A stretch of DNA of 64,000 nucleotides from Candidatus Calditenuis fumarioli (GTDB lineage: Archaea > Thermoproteota > Nitrososphaeria_A > Caldarchaeales > Calditenuaceae). The stretch lies in NCBI GenBank assembly GCA_030059665.1, contig JANVYR010000002.1, positions 224,001 through 288,000 on the forward strand. The letters are read 5' to 3'. The notes beneath the pieces were generated by a model. That model saw only the letters and a program-made list of their open reading frames with translations. It was not told the DNA's origin and searched no databases. Of this stretch, positions 50,072 to 58,469 are shown in pieces (position 1 is the stretch's first letter; every line of letters starts with the position of its first letter). The translations under genes were made by a program, and so were the position numbers.

Positions 50072-51000
50072 GGAGAGAGGAGTTCGAACGACGGATCCGC
50101 ATCCTACGTGACCAGGGAGACGCGTCCGCGATCAGCCCTGAGCTGAGGGGATGGAACAACTCCAGGCCACCTGTGAAGCCCATAGGTCGTCATCTCCTGT
50201 CGGTCAGCGAGCTGGCATCAAGGTACTGCCCGACGATGAGGGACATTTACCTCCGTAGGGTTGCAAGGATTCAACCACCACCTAACTTCAAGACGTTTAG
50301 GGGCCTGGTATACCACTTCATCATAAACCAGCTGACTGTAAGGTCAAAGAGGCACATATTCGAGAGGGGTAAGATCGCTGGACCGGAGCTCTTCGAACTC
50401 CTCCTCGAGGAGGAGCCTGTAGCCGTCGAGTCGGCGGTTCGCGATGCATACGCGAGAGTCCAAATCTCCGAGGACGAGGCGCGATCGTTGACACCTCTCG
50501 CCTCAAAATTATACCGCTTCCTGGCACTCCAGGTAGCCGCTAGCGTGGACCTGACCCACAGCAGGTTTCCGCACGCTGATGTAGACTCGCTGGTTAACGA
50601 ATCGATCCCTGCGGTAAGCGAGATGAAGGTGGACGGGTCGCTGGTTGGGTTAAGCAGAGAGCTCTCGGTCGACATCTACACCCCATACAACACAGTTATC
50701 GACGTGAAGACCGGCGACGTCAGGTCATTTCACAGGTACGTTGGTGCCGGATACGCGCTCGCGATCGAGTCTGATAAGGGAGTTGAGGTGAACTTCGGCA
50801 TCACGCTGTATATCTCGGTTCAACCGTCCGCACCCGCACCTGAAGTCAAGGCGGATTACTACGTGATTGGCGACGAGCTGAGGCGCGAGTTCCTTGAGCT
50901 CAGGGACGAGGCGCAGTTGCTCATAGAGAGGGGCAAAGACCCTGGTATGCCCGTTAGATGCCCGGAGTTCTGCCCGTACTACACCATCTGTAACGGGTGA
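50059..51000 (+). CDS. csa1: Type I-A Cas4-like Csa1
   Basis: ELRGWN..PPV.P..LSVSELA..YCPTMRD.YL, VIDVKTG, GYALA.E, CPEFCPYY..C. Confidence 0.92.
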   Translation: MFFLRREEFERRIRILRDQGDASAISPELRGWNNSRPPVKPIGRHLLSVSELASRYCPTMRDIYLRRVARIQPPPNFKTFRGLVYHFIINQLTVRSKRHIFERGKIAGPELFELLLEEEPVAVESAVRDAYARVQISEDEARSLTPLASKLYRFLALQVAASVDLTHSRFPHADVDSLVNESIPAVSEMKVDGSLVGLSRELSVDIYTPYNTVIDVKTGDVRSFHRYVGAGYALAIESDKGVEVNFGITLYISVQPSAPAPEVKADYYVIGDELRREFLELRDEAQLLIERGKDPGMPVRCPEFCPYYTICNG

Positions 51001-51001
51001 C

Positions 51002-52015
51002 ATGAGGAAGCTGGTCATATCGGATCCAGGGTTCTTCCTCGGCGTGAAGGAGGAGCGGATAGTAGTCAAAAGGGGTCGTGAAGTGGTCGCAGAGGTCCCT
51101 GCGGCCCAGATAAGCCACGTCTTCGTCTCTACTAGGGGTGCAGCCCTTTCGAGCGCAGCCCTGTCCCTCCTACTGCGGCACGGAGCGCAGCTCGTGCTTC
51201 TGGACAGCAGGGGAAGGCCGCTGGGAAGGCTGCTGCCCCTGGTGAGGAGAGGCCTCAGGGCAGTGGAGGCGCAAATAGCGGCGCTTAACGACGAGAGGGG
51301 AGTCGTTCTCGCGAAGGCATTTGCGTCCTCGAAGGCATTGAACCAGGCAGCTCTGCTGAGGTCCGCCGCGCATAACAGGATGGAGTCAAACCCGCAGCTG
51401 GCACGCAAGCTCCTCGAGGCCTCGGCCGAGATCAAGGGCTATGCGGGGTCAATAGTCAGGGTAGAAGGGAAGCTTGAGGAGGTAAGGCCCGAGATCGTAA
51501 GGATGGAGGCTGCGGCTGCGGAGGTCTACTGGAGGGCGGTCGCAGACCTCCTGAGGGGAGTGGTCGATTTTCCGGGAAGGCGGAAGCGGTTTGACGAGCC
51601 CACCGATCCAGTCAACCTGCTACTGAATTACGGGTACGGTATACTCTCATCGATCTGTTTCCTCGCGATCGAGCTCTCCTCGCTCGACCCCTATAGGGGA
51701 TTCCTCCACGTCAATTCCCCGAGGAGGCCAGCGCTGGTGATGGACCTGATGGAGGAGTTCAGGCAGACCGTCGTCGACAGGGCAGTATTCAGACTTCTCA
51801 GGGAGATCGACCCCAAATCCGTGGTTGGTGCTGAGGGCCTCTCCAGGGAGGCCAGAAAGCTTCTAGCGCTGAGGGTTCTCGAGAGGGTGAAGGAGAGGAC
51901 CACGTTCCGCGGCCGTTCCCTTCCCATAGAGGCGCACATTCACCTTCAGGCGCGGAGGATACGTGGCTTCCTCCTCGGACACGAACCCGAGTACAGGGGG
52001 TACGTCGAGAAGTGA
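51002..52015 (+). CDS. cas1: Cas1 integrase
   Basis: MEAAAA..YW, DPVNLLLNYGYGIL, LDPYRGFLH, LVMDLMEEFR. Confidence 0.97.
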   Translation: MRKLVISDPGFFLGVKEERIVVKRGREVVAEVPAAQISHVFVSTRGAALSSAALSLLLRHGAQLVLLDSRGRPLGRLLPLVRRGLRAVEAQIAALNDERGVVLAKAFASSKALNQAALLRSAAHNRMESNPQLARKLLEASAEIKGYAGSIVRVEGKLEEVRPEIVRMEAAAAEVYWRAVADLLRGVVDFPGRRKRFDEPTDPVNLLLNYGYGILSSICFLAIELSSLDPYRGFLHVNSPRRPALVMDLMEEFRQTVVDRAVFRLLREIDPKSVVGAEGLSREARKLLALRVLERVKERTTFRGRSLPIEAHIHLQARRIRGFLLGHEPEYRGYVEK

Positions 52016-52290
52016 GGGTCCTTGTGATTTACGACATATCATCTGACAGCATCAGGAACGAGGTGAGCGAGACCTGCAAGAACTTCGGGCTCTCCAGGAT
52101 ACAGAGGAGCGCGTTTATGGGAATTTTGCCGCCTGGGAGGAGGAAGGAGCTCGCGGTTAGGCTCAGGAAGGTCCTGGGCGATAACGAGGGAAACATTCAG
52201 ATCTTCGTCATCTGCGACGCAGACCTGGCACTTCGCGAGGTTATCGGGAAAGAGTACACGGAGAGCGGCGGCGAGGTCGTGATAGTTTGA
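52012..52290 (+). CDS. cas2: Cas2
   Basis: VLVIYDISSD..R, RIQRSAFMG. Confidence 0.97.
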   Translation: MRVLVIYDISSDSIRNEVSETCKNFGLSRIQRSAFMGILPPGRRKELAVRLRKVLGDNEGNIQIFVICDADLALREVIGKEYTESGGEVVIV

Positions 52291-52877
52291 GCGAGGACGA
52301 GGGAGACCTCATACCCGTGGTCCTGGTGAAGCAGTACGTCTTCTGTCCAAGGATCGTCTACTTCTCAGAGGTCCTCGGATTGAGGGAGAGGGAGACGGAT
52401 CTGATGCGTGAGGGGGAGGAGATGCAGCAGGTGGAGGACAGCCGCGATCAGAGGAGGAAATGGCTGCCCGGTAGAGGAATCGAGACTAAGTCGGCCAGGC
52501 ACGGGAAGCTTTACGTCTCGAGGGAGCTCGGCCTGGTCGGCGTCGTCGACGTGATCGCGGAGAAGGGCGAGGTGGCTGTAATCGAGAGGAAGGCAGCGAG
52601 GAGACCGAGACGGGTGCACAGGAACCACGTCTACCAACTGGCCGCATACGCCCTGCTCGTAGAGGAGGCAACGGGCAGACCGGTTAGGCGCGGATACGTC
52701 CACTATCTGAAGTCAAATGATGTAGTCGAGGTCACCATAACCGAGGAGGCTAAGCGGCATGTGCTCTGGATGGTTCAGCAAATCAGGAGGATAATATGGG
52801 AGGAGAGGCTTCCACCGTATGTTGAGAAACCTGCGTGTAAGAGTTGCGGGTACCGCTGGATCTGCAAGCAGATCTGA
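52287..52877 (+). CDS. cas4: Cas4 exonuclease
   Basis: KQYVFCPR, GVVDV, QLAAYA, CKSCGYRWIC. Confidence 0.95.
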   Translation: MSEDEGDLIPVVLVKQYVFCPRIVYFSEVLGLRERETDLMREGEEMQQVEDSRDQRRKWLPGRGIETKSARHGKLYVSRELGLVGVVDVIAEKGEVAVIERKAARRPRRVHRNHVYQLAAYALLVEEATGRPVRRGYVHYLKSNDVVEVTITEEAKRHVLWMVQQIRRIIWEERLPPYVEKPACKSCGYRWICKQI

Positions 52878-52954
52878 CCATTCAGAATCCATTAAACTTT
52901 CTTTGCTGGGTCCTCGGTCTGAACATCACCGCTATTATGGACGCATTCGGTTTT

Positions 52955-53864
52955 CTTTCAACTCTCTTCGCGAGATTCCGGGGTGATGATACGGCCCGAT
53001 GGGAACCCCGGCCAGTTCTGCTTTCAACTCTCTTCGCGAGATTCGGGGGTGGTTGGCTCTGACCTCTCACGCGGCCGTTTATGACTTTCAACTCTCTTCG
53101 CGAGATTCGTTCGGGAAGGACGTCGTCGTTGCGATCTGCGAGTTCCATCCTTTCAACTCTCTTCGCGAGATTCAGGGTTCGGATTCGTTGAAGGCGCGCC
53201 GGAGCTGTTTGCTTTCAACTCTCTTCGCGAGATTCTTCGCGAAGGAGCTGGTAGCCTATTGGGTGTCCGAGAAGCTTTCAACTCTCTTCGCGAGATTCGC
53301 GGGACCTAGCGATAATAGGAGGCGCGCTGGTGGTCTTTCAACTCTCTTCGCGAGATTCTTGGGAAGTGGGCAACTGGGTGTTCGGCTCGTTCGTGAGGGA
53401 GCTTTCAACTCTCTTCGCGAGATTCAATAAACAGGTTGCAGGATCTGTCGGCTCTATATGAGGCTTTCAACTCTCTTCGCGAGATTCTATTGCTCGGGAA
53501 ATGCTGACGTCTGAGGAGATTGAACTTTCAACTCTCTTCGCGAGATTCATGTCTCTCGTGAGGGACGTTCTGAGCGGGAAGGTCAACTTTCAACTCTCTT
53601 CGCGAGATTCGAGCTTTTGGCTGCCGGTTATGCCGCTGTCGGCTATGAGCCTTTCAACTCTCTTCGCGAGATTCAGTCCATGGTGCCCCACCATGGATAG
53701 GCGGACTCCCTTACTTTCAACTCTCTTCGCGAGATTCTGCGTTGGGAGGTGAGGAAGCATCCGGAAGCTGACGCTACTTTCAACTCTCTTCGCGAGATTC
53801 GAGATACGCGGAGGCCGCCGAGATGCTCCAGGAAAAGATTCTTTCAACTCTCTTCGCGAGATTC
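52955..53864 (-). CRISPR. CRISPR array 3: 15 repeats / 14 spacers
   Basis: Same 24-nt repeat, directly downstream of cas4. Confidence 0.98.
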
Positions 53865-54050
53865 CGACCCCAATTTCCGGAAATCTCGCCTTAATTTTAG
53901 GATATTTTCAGCTCACCTCCGCCTGCCCACGTTTTTGCAAGTGGGTATATAAAGAGCAGGCGGACCTGCTTCATCGCAGTTAAGCATTCCTATAAAAGCT
54001 AATTATGCAGAACAAATGATTTCCGCGCGCTGAGGGCCGTCTTGAGGGGG
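53865..54050 (-). promoter_or_regulatory. CRISPR leader 3
   Basis: Near-identical to leaders 1 and 2 with scattered substitutions. Confidence 0.9.
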
Positions 54051-54106
54051 CATGCGCAGAAGCCCTATGCCCACGGTTTTTATCTCGTCGATCCGGACGC
54101 AATCCG

Positions 54107-54883
54107 ATGGAGATCCACGTCCTCGTCAAGGAATCGGTCGACGTCTCGACGCTGGAGTACGACCAGAGAACGCTCGAGCCGCTTCTGGAGAAGGCCCAGA
54201 GGAAGATCGGCGACTTCGAGATGAACGCGGTCGAGGAGGCCGTGAGGCTGAAGGAGAAACACGGAGGCGTCGTGAAGCTGCTCTCAGCAGGTCCCTCGGT
54301 CCAGCCGATAGTGCTGAGGGAGGCGCTCGCGATGGGGGCCGACGAGGCGTTCGCCGTCTCAGACCCGAGGCTCAAGGACGCGGACGCATGGGTCTACGCC
54401 AACGTGCTCGCGGCCCTCTCGAAAAAGGCGGGGAAGGCGGACCTGATCATAGCTGGTGAGGCCTCCGTCGACGAGAGCAACTACCAGGTCGGCGCGAGGG
54501 TTGCGGAGGAGCTCGGGATACCGTCGCTGACGCACGTGATCAAGCTCGAGGTCTCCGGCGACAGGGTCACGGCCCACAGGGCCCTCGAGGACGGGATAGA
54601 GGTGGTCGAGGCGACGCTCCCTGCGTTGGTGACGGTCGGGCTCGAGATCAACACGCCGAGGCTTCCGAGCCTTCTGATGATCAGGGCCTCCGCGAAGAAA
54701 CCGATCCACCAGTTGAAGCTCGAGGAGCTCGGTCTGCCGGAGGAGAAGCTGAGGCCTAAGACGAGAAGGACCTCCGTCAGGGCGATGAGGACTGAGAGGA
54801 AGCGCGTGGTCGTCGAGGGGAGCCTGGAGGAGATGGCCGAGAAGCTTATCGCCTACCTAAGGAGCGAGGGCGTCCTCAGGTAG
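54107..54883 (+). CDS. etfB: Electron transfer flavoprotein beta subunit
   Basis: DFEMNAVEEAVRLKE, ALAMGADEA, QVGARVAEELG, NTPRLPSL. Confidence 0.95.
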   Translation: MEIHVLVKESVDVSTLEYDQRTLEPLLEKAQRKIGDFEMNAVEEAVRLKEKHGGVVKLLSAGPSVQPIVLREALAMGADEAFAVSDPRLKDADAWVYANVLAALSKKAGKADLIIAGEASVDESNYQVGARVAEELGIPSLTHVIKLEVSGDRVTAHRALEDGIEVVEATLPALVTVGLEINTPRLPSLLMIRASAKKPIHQLKLEELGLPEEKLRPKTRRTSVRAMRTERKRVVVEGSLEEMAEKLIAYLRSEGVLR

Positions 54884-54995
54884 AGCCGGCCCCGGTGGAT
54901 CGCTGCCACTCGTATACCGCGTAGAGCACGAGGCCTATCACGAAGCTCACGTAGGCGTAGACGTAGAACGCGTCGAAGAGCTGCTCCCAGCTCAT
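54876..54995 (-). CDS. Putative 39-aa single-pass membrane protein
   Basis: MSWEQLFDAFYVYAYVSFVIGLVLYAVYEWQR...; one aromatic-rich TM helix. Confidence 0.5.
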   Translation of the reverse strand: MSWEQLFDAFYVYAYVSFVIGLVLYAVYEWQRSTGAGST

Positions 54996-55090
54996 CCTCG
55001 CCCCGAAGGCCATCTTGGACCGGACTAAAAAACGTGCCCGCCGTTTCCCCCGTCCGGGTCCTCGAATAACGTTTTTCAGAAGGTGGATCG

Positions 55091-55447
55091 ATGTGGTTGA
55101 GGCGCTTGAGCGGCGGAGCACCCTGGACCCTGAGCCGCGACCCGACGCCGATCTGCAACCCCCTCTGCCGGTTCTTCAGGTGCCAGAAGTTCCTCGCACC
55201 GGGTAAGGCGGCGCTGGACTTCAGGAGGGACCCTCCGTGGTGCAACTGGGTCAACGGCCCCTGCATCGGGTTCAAGTGCGCATACGCCTCGTGCGCCCAG
55301 CTGAAGCTTCTGCCGGAGGGGAGGTGTGCGCTCTTCGTCAAGTCGCAGCAGGAGGGGAAGCAGGAGGAGCTGGAGGTCAAAGAGGAGCTCTCGATGCGGG
55401 TGAACCTCGGGCCGAGGGCCGGCAAGAGGGTCCGAGACCTCTTCTGA
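55091..55447 (+). CDS. Cys-rich hypothetical protein (putative metal-binding)
   Basis: CNPLCRFFRC...C.WVNGPCIGFKCAYASC......GRC: eight Cys. Confidence 0.75.
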   Translation: MWLRRLSGGAPWTLSRDPTPICNPLCRFFRCQKFLAPGKAALDFRRDPPWCNWVNGPCIGFKCAYASCAQLKLLPEGRCALFVKSQQEGKQEELEVKEELSMRVNLGPRAGKRVRDLF

Positions 55448-55513
55448 CCGTCTCACCTCCACGAAGAACAGGCGAACACCCTTTTTCCCTCACCGAATGG
55501 GAACGAACGGTGG

Positions 55514-56284
55514 ATGAGGACCGGGAAGGGAGGTGCCCGCAGGGTCGAGATCGTCGGCCTGAGGCTTCCGATGGTGAGGGAAGGCGACGACCTGGCACAG
55601 CTGATCGTGAGGGCCGCAGAGGAGTCGGGCGCGGGGATCGAGGACGGCGACGTGATCGTCGTCTCTCAGGTGATCGTCTCCAAAGCGGAGGGCAGGGTGG
55701 TGCCGCTGGACGCGTTCGAACCCTCCGAGGCCGCACGGTCGCTCGCGGAGAGGACGGGGAAGGACCCGAGGCACGTGGAGGCTATACTGCGCGAGGCCGT
55801 TGAGGTCGTGAGGGTCAGGGGTGAGGTGATAATCACAGAGACGAGGCACGGCTTCGTCTGCGCCAACAGCGGCGTCGACCTCTCCAACGTCGGCGAGGGC
55901 ATGGTCTCCCTTCTTCCCGCAGAACCGGACCTCTCCGCAAGGAGGATACGCGAGGGTATCAGGAGGCTGACGGGTAAGGAGGTCGCTGTGGTGGTGGCCG
56001 ACAGCCACGGCAGGCCCTTCAGGAGGGGGGCCGTGAACGTGGCCATAGGGTCGTCCGGGATAGAGCCGCTGCTGGACTTGAGGGGGAGGCCGGACCTCTA
56101 CGGGAGGCCCCTCAGGAGCAAGCAGATCTGCGTGGTCGACGAGCTGGCGTCGGCCGCGGAGCTCGTGATGGGGAACGCCGACGAGGGGATCCCGGCAGCC
56201 ATCGTCAGGGGATACCCCTACAGGAGGTCGGAGGAGGGCGTGAGGGCCGTCATCAGACCCCGGGAGGAGGACCTCTTCCGGTGA
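55514..56284 (+). CDS. cofE: Coenzyme F420-0:L-glutamate ligase
   Basis: LPMVREGDDL, VSKAEGR, ANSGVDLSN, DSHGRPFRRG, DELASAAELVMG. Confidence 0.95.
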   Translation: MRTGKGGARRVEIVGLRLPMVREGDDLAQLIVRAAEESGAGIEDGDVIVVSQVIVSKAEGRVVPLDAFEPSEAARSLAERTGKDPRHVEAILREAVEVVRVRGEVIITETRHGFVCANSGVDLSNVGEGMVSLLPAEPDLSARRIREGIRRLTGKEVAVVVADSHGRPFRRGAVNVAIGSSGIEPLLDLRGRPDLYGRPLRSKQICVVDELASAAELVMGNADEGIPAAIVRGYPYRRSEEGVRAVIRPREEDLFR

Positions 56285-57084
56285 CGGGCTTGGCCTCCGT
56301 CGGGCCCCTCGTCAGGGCTCGGGTGCTGGGCGCGGTCATCAGGGCGCTGAGGGAGTCCCCGGAGCTCGACCCCTCGAGGATCTCGGAGCTCTCTGGCGTG
56401 GCGCGGGAGGTCGTTAGGGAGCTTCTGGAGGTCTGGAGCGGCGGGACTGGCCGGCTCGACCAGACGAGGGTCATAGAGCTGGCGGCGGAGGCGCTCGAGA
56501 GGTCAGGCGGATCTGTCGAGGTGCTGAGGGCCCTCGGATGGTCGCTCTTCGAGGACCTGATAGGAGCGCTGCTGGAGAGGATGGGGCTCGAAACGCTGAG
56601 GGACGTGAGGGTGAAGGTGGGGAGGAGGTGGTGCCAGATCGACGTGGTGGCGCTGAGGGGAGGCGACGTCTACGCACTGGAGTGCAAGCACTGGATGAGG
56701 AGCGTCACGTCCTCCCTGATGGCCTCGATAGCTTCCTCCCATCTGAGGCGCGTTGAGCTGCTCGAGGAGGGCCTCAGGTCGTCCCTCGGTGAGGGAGACG
56801 TGACCGTCCGGGTGGTTCCGGTGGCGGTGGCGCTGTACGTTCCACCCTCGACCGGCGAGGTCCTCTTCGTCCCGGTCCGCGCGCTGGCGAGCTTCCTCTC
56901 CGAGCACCCCGCAGCTCTCCCTTCTCCCCCCGTCAGGAGGTTGAAGTTAGGCAGGAGGCCCGACGCGTCCACCTTCACAAGGCCTCCGTTCAGGGCATCG
57001 AGGGAAGCGACAAGGCTCGACGCAGGGTTGACGAGGCTCGAGGACCACGCTGCTCAGCAGGGCCCGATGACCTCCAGGAGGTGA
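56281..57084 (+). CDS. Mrr-like PD-(D/E)XK endonuclease domain protein
   Basis: FEDLIGALLE..G, QIDVVA...ALECKHW. Confidence 0.75.
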   Translation: MTGLASVGPLVRARVLGAVIRALRESPELDPSRISELSGVAREVVRELLEVWSGGTGRLDQTRVIELAAEALERSGGSVEVLRALGWSLFEDLIGALLERMGLETLRDVRVKVGRRWCQIDVVALRGGDVYALECKHWMRSVTSSLMASIASSHLRRVELLEEGLRSSLGEGDVTVRVVPVAVALYVPPSTGEVLFVPVRALASFLSEHPAALPSPPVRRLKLGRRPDASTFTRPPFRASREATRLDAGLTRLEDHAAQQGPMTSRR

Positions 57085-57310
57085 CCGAGACCGATCGAGG
57101 GGATCCTCGACCTCCACGCCTCCCACTCGGCCTCGAAGTCGGGTGAGACCCTGGGCCTCCGGACGACGTCGTAGTAGTCGTACGGTTTGATGTCCAGCAC
57201 AGAAGAGCCGGGCCAGGCGTCGAGCCAGAGGACCTCCAGCCTCGGCGGCTCCACCCTCGACAGCTCCACCACGCTCACCGCGATGGGGTTCGGCCTGGGA
57301 GGGTGGCGCG
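57054..57310 (-). pseudogene. trmO: 5'-truncated TrmO/TsaA (tRNA m6t6A37 methyltransferase) fragment
   Basis: RPNPIAVSVVEL...LDAWPGSSVLDIKPY is the C-terminal half of the TsaA domain; similarity stops where the tRNA fragment begins on the opposite strand. Confidence 0.75.
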
Positions 57311-57324
57311 AAGTTGATAGGGAG

Positions 57325-57360
57325 AACCGGAGGTCCCGGGTTCGAGTCCCGGCGGGCCCG
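57325..57360 (+). tRNA. Isolated tRNA 3' half (positions 38-73; Lys/Arg-type acceptor)
   Basis: A-ACCGG-AGGTC-CCGGG-TTCGAGT-CCCGG-CGGGCCC-G is an intact anticodon 3' strand, variable loop, T arm, acceptor strand and G73; no 5' half found in the window. Confidence 0.85.
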
Positions 57361-57409
57361 CGAATATAATAGCTTTCCAATTATGAACGATGATTGGGCC
57401 GTAAGCATG

Positions 57410-57434
57410 AAAACAGAAAAGGAAAGAAAGGGGA
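57410..57434 (-). terminator. U-rich terminator-like tract after the LAGLIDADG ORF
   Basis: Minus strand TCCCCTTTCTTTCCTTTTCTGTTTT just after the stop codon. Confidence 0.5.
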
Positions 57435-57439
57435 GGGGT

Positions 57440-58456
57440 TTACGTCGTCAGCGAGTTATTAGGAAGAAGCCCTCTCCTCTTCAAGTATTCCTCGAGTCTC
57501 TTCCTCTTCCGCTCGATCGTGAAACCGACTTTCTCGTAGAACGTCAGATTTGACTTCATTCTCACGCTGACATAGTAGGCGTCTTTTCTCGCTCTATACA
57601 CTTTATCCGTCTTCTTCGGGTCTCTAAACGGTCTTCCTGCTCGGTGATGTAGTATCGGCTTCTCCGAAGTCGTCTCTATCCCGATCTTTTTCAGCAGATA
57701 TATCACGTACTCCAACATCTTATAGTTGGTGTTAACCACCCCAATTTCACCATCTTTATGAGCATATCCCTCACTGTCAAAGAACCCCCGAAGGAACATT
57801 GCTATACATCTCTCGCAGTGCTCAACGTACGGTCTGATCCTCTCGATGTCTATGGGTTTCTTGAGCAGCTCGTAGAGTGTTCTGGACTGAACTTCGACGA
57901 CCCATAAACTGTATTTATTTTGCCTTGGTATCGGAGGTTCCCTTCCCAGAACCTTAGCTAATCTCCTGCCAAATTCTTCGGCGAATTCCTTGTCCTTGAC
58001 CGTCAATCCGACAAAGAATTTGTCATATCTAGGCGCCGAAATACTCATCTTATAGACAGTACCGTCTCCAACTATTGCGCCAGCGATGTAAGCCAGATCT
58101 TCTGAAGGTTTCAGGAATTCTAATGTCGGTATTCTGATTCCGTTATAGGGAGAGTGTTTCCTATTTTTCCACCCGCTGAGAGTTGACTTGCGGATAGTAA
58201 CGTTATATCTTCTCTTTATCTCCTTGATTATTTTGTTATAGCTCAATCCCTGTTTCCGGAGTTCAAGGAAGTCCTCGTGGATCCTTATCCTCAGTTCTCC
58301 CGGAAGGATAGTTCTTCTGCGCTTCCGTTTCAACTGACTGTGTGCGGAGGCTTCCGCGCTCATGACATCACCCATGTGAATGGCAGAGGCAACGATTTCG
58401 GTTCCCTCAGCATGACGTCTATCCTTCTCAGCGTGTTCTCTATGGCCTTTTCTCAT
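57440..58456 (-). CDS. Free-standing HTH-LAGLIDADG homing endonuclease-like protein (338 aa)
   Basis: HTH (GLSYNKII..IRKSTLSGWK), LAGLIDADG motifs LAYIAGAIVGDG and FLRGFFDSEG; SD-like GGAGGGTGA before ATG 58456; AT-rich codons. Confidence 0.92.
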   Translation of the reverse strand: MRKGHREHAEKDRRHAEGTEIVASAIHMGDVMSAEASAHSQLKRKRRRTILPGELRIRIHEDFLELRKQGLSYNKIIKEIKRRYNVTIRKSTLSGWKNRKHSPYNGIRIPTLEFLKPSEDLAYIAGAIVGDGTVYKMSISAPRYDKFFVGLTVKDKEFAEEFGRRLAKVLGREPPIPRQNKYSLWVVEVQSRTLYELLKKPIDIERIRPYVEHCERCIAMFLRGFFDSEGYAHKDGEIGVVNTNYKMLEYVIYLLKKIGIETTSEKPILHHRAGRPFRDPKKTDKVYRARKDAYYVSVRMKSNLTFYEKVGFTIERKRKRLEEYLKRRGLLPNNSLTT

Positions 58457-58469
58457 ATCATCACCCTCC

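Noticed and set aside
16716-53952. ORFs running through the CRISPR arrays (LSTLFARF / FQLSSRDS / NLAKRVES repeats)
   Set aside because: Translations of the repeat, not genes
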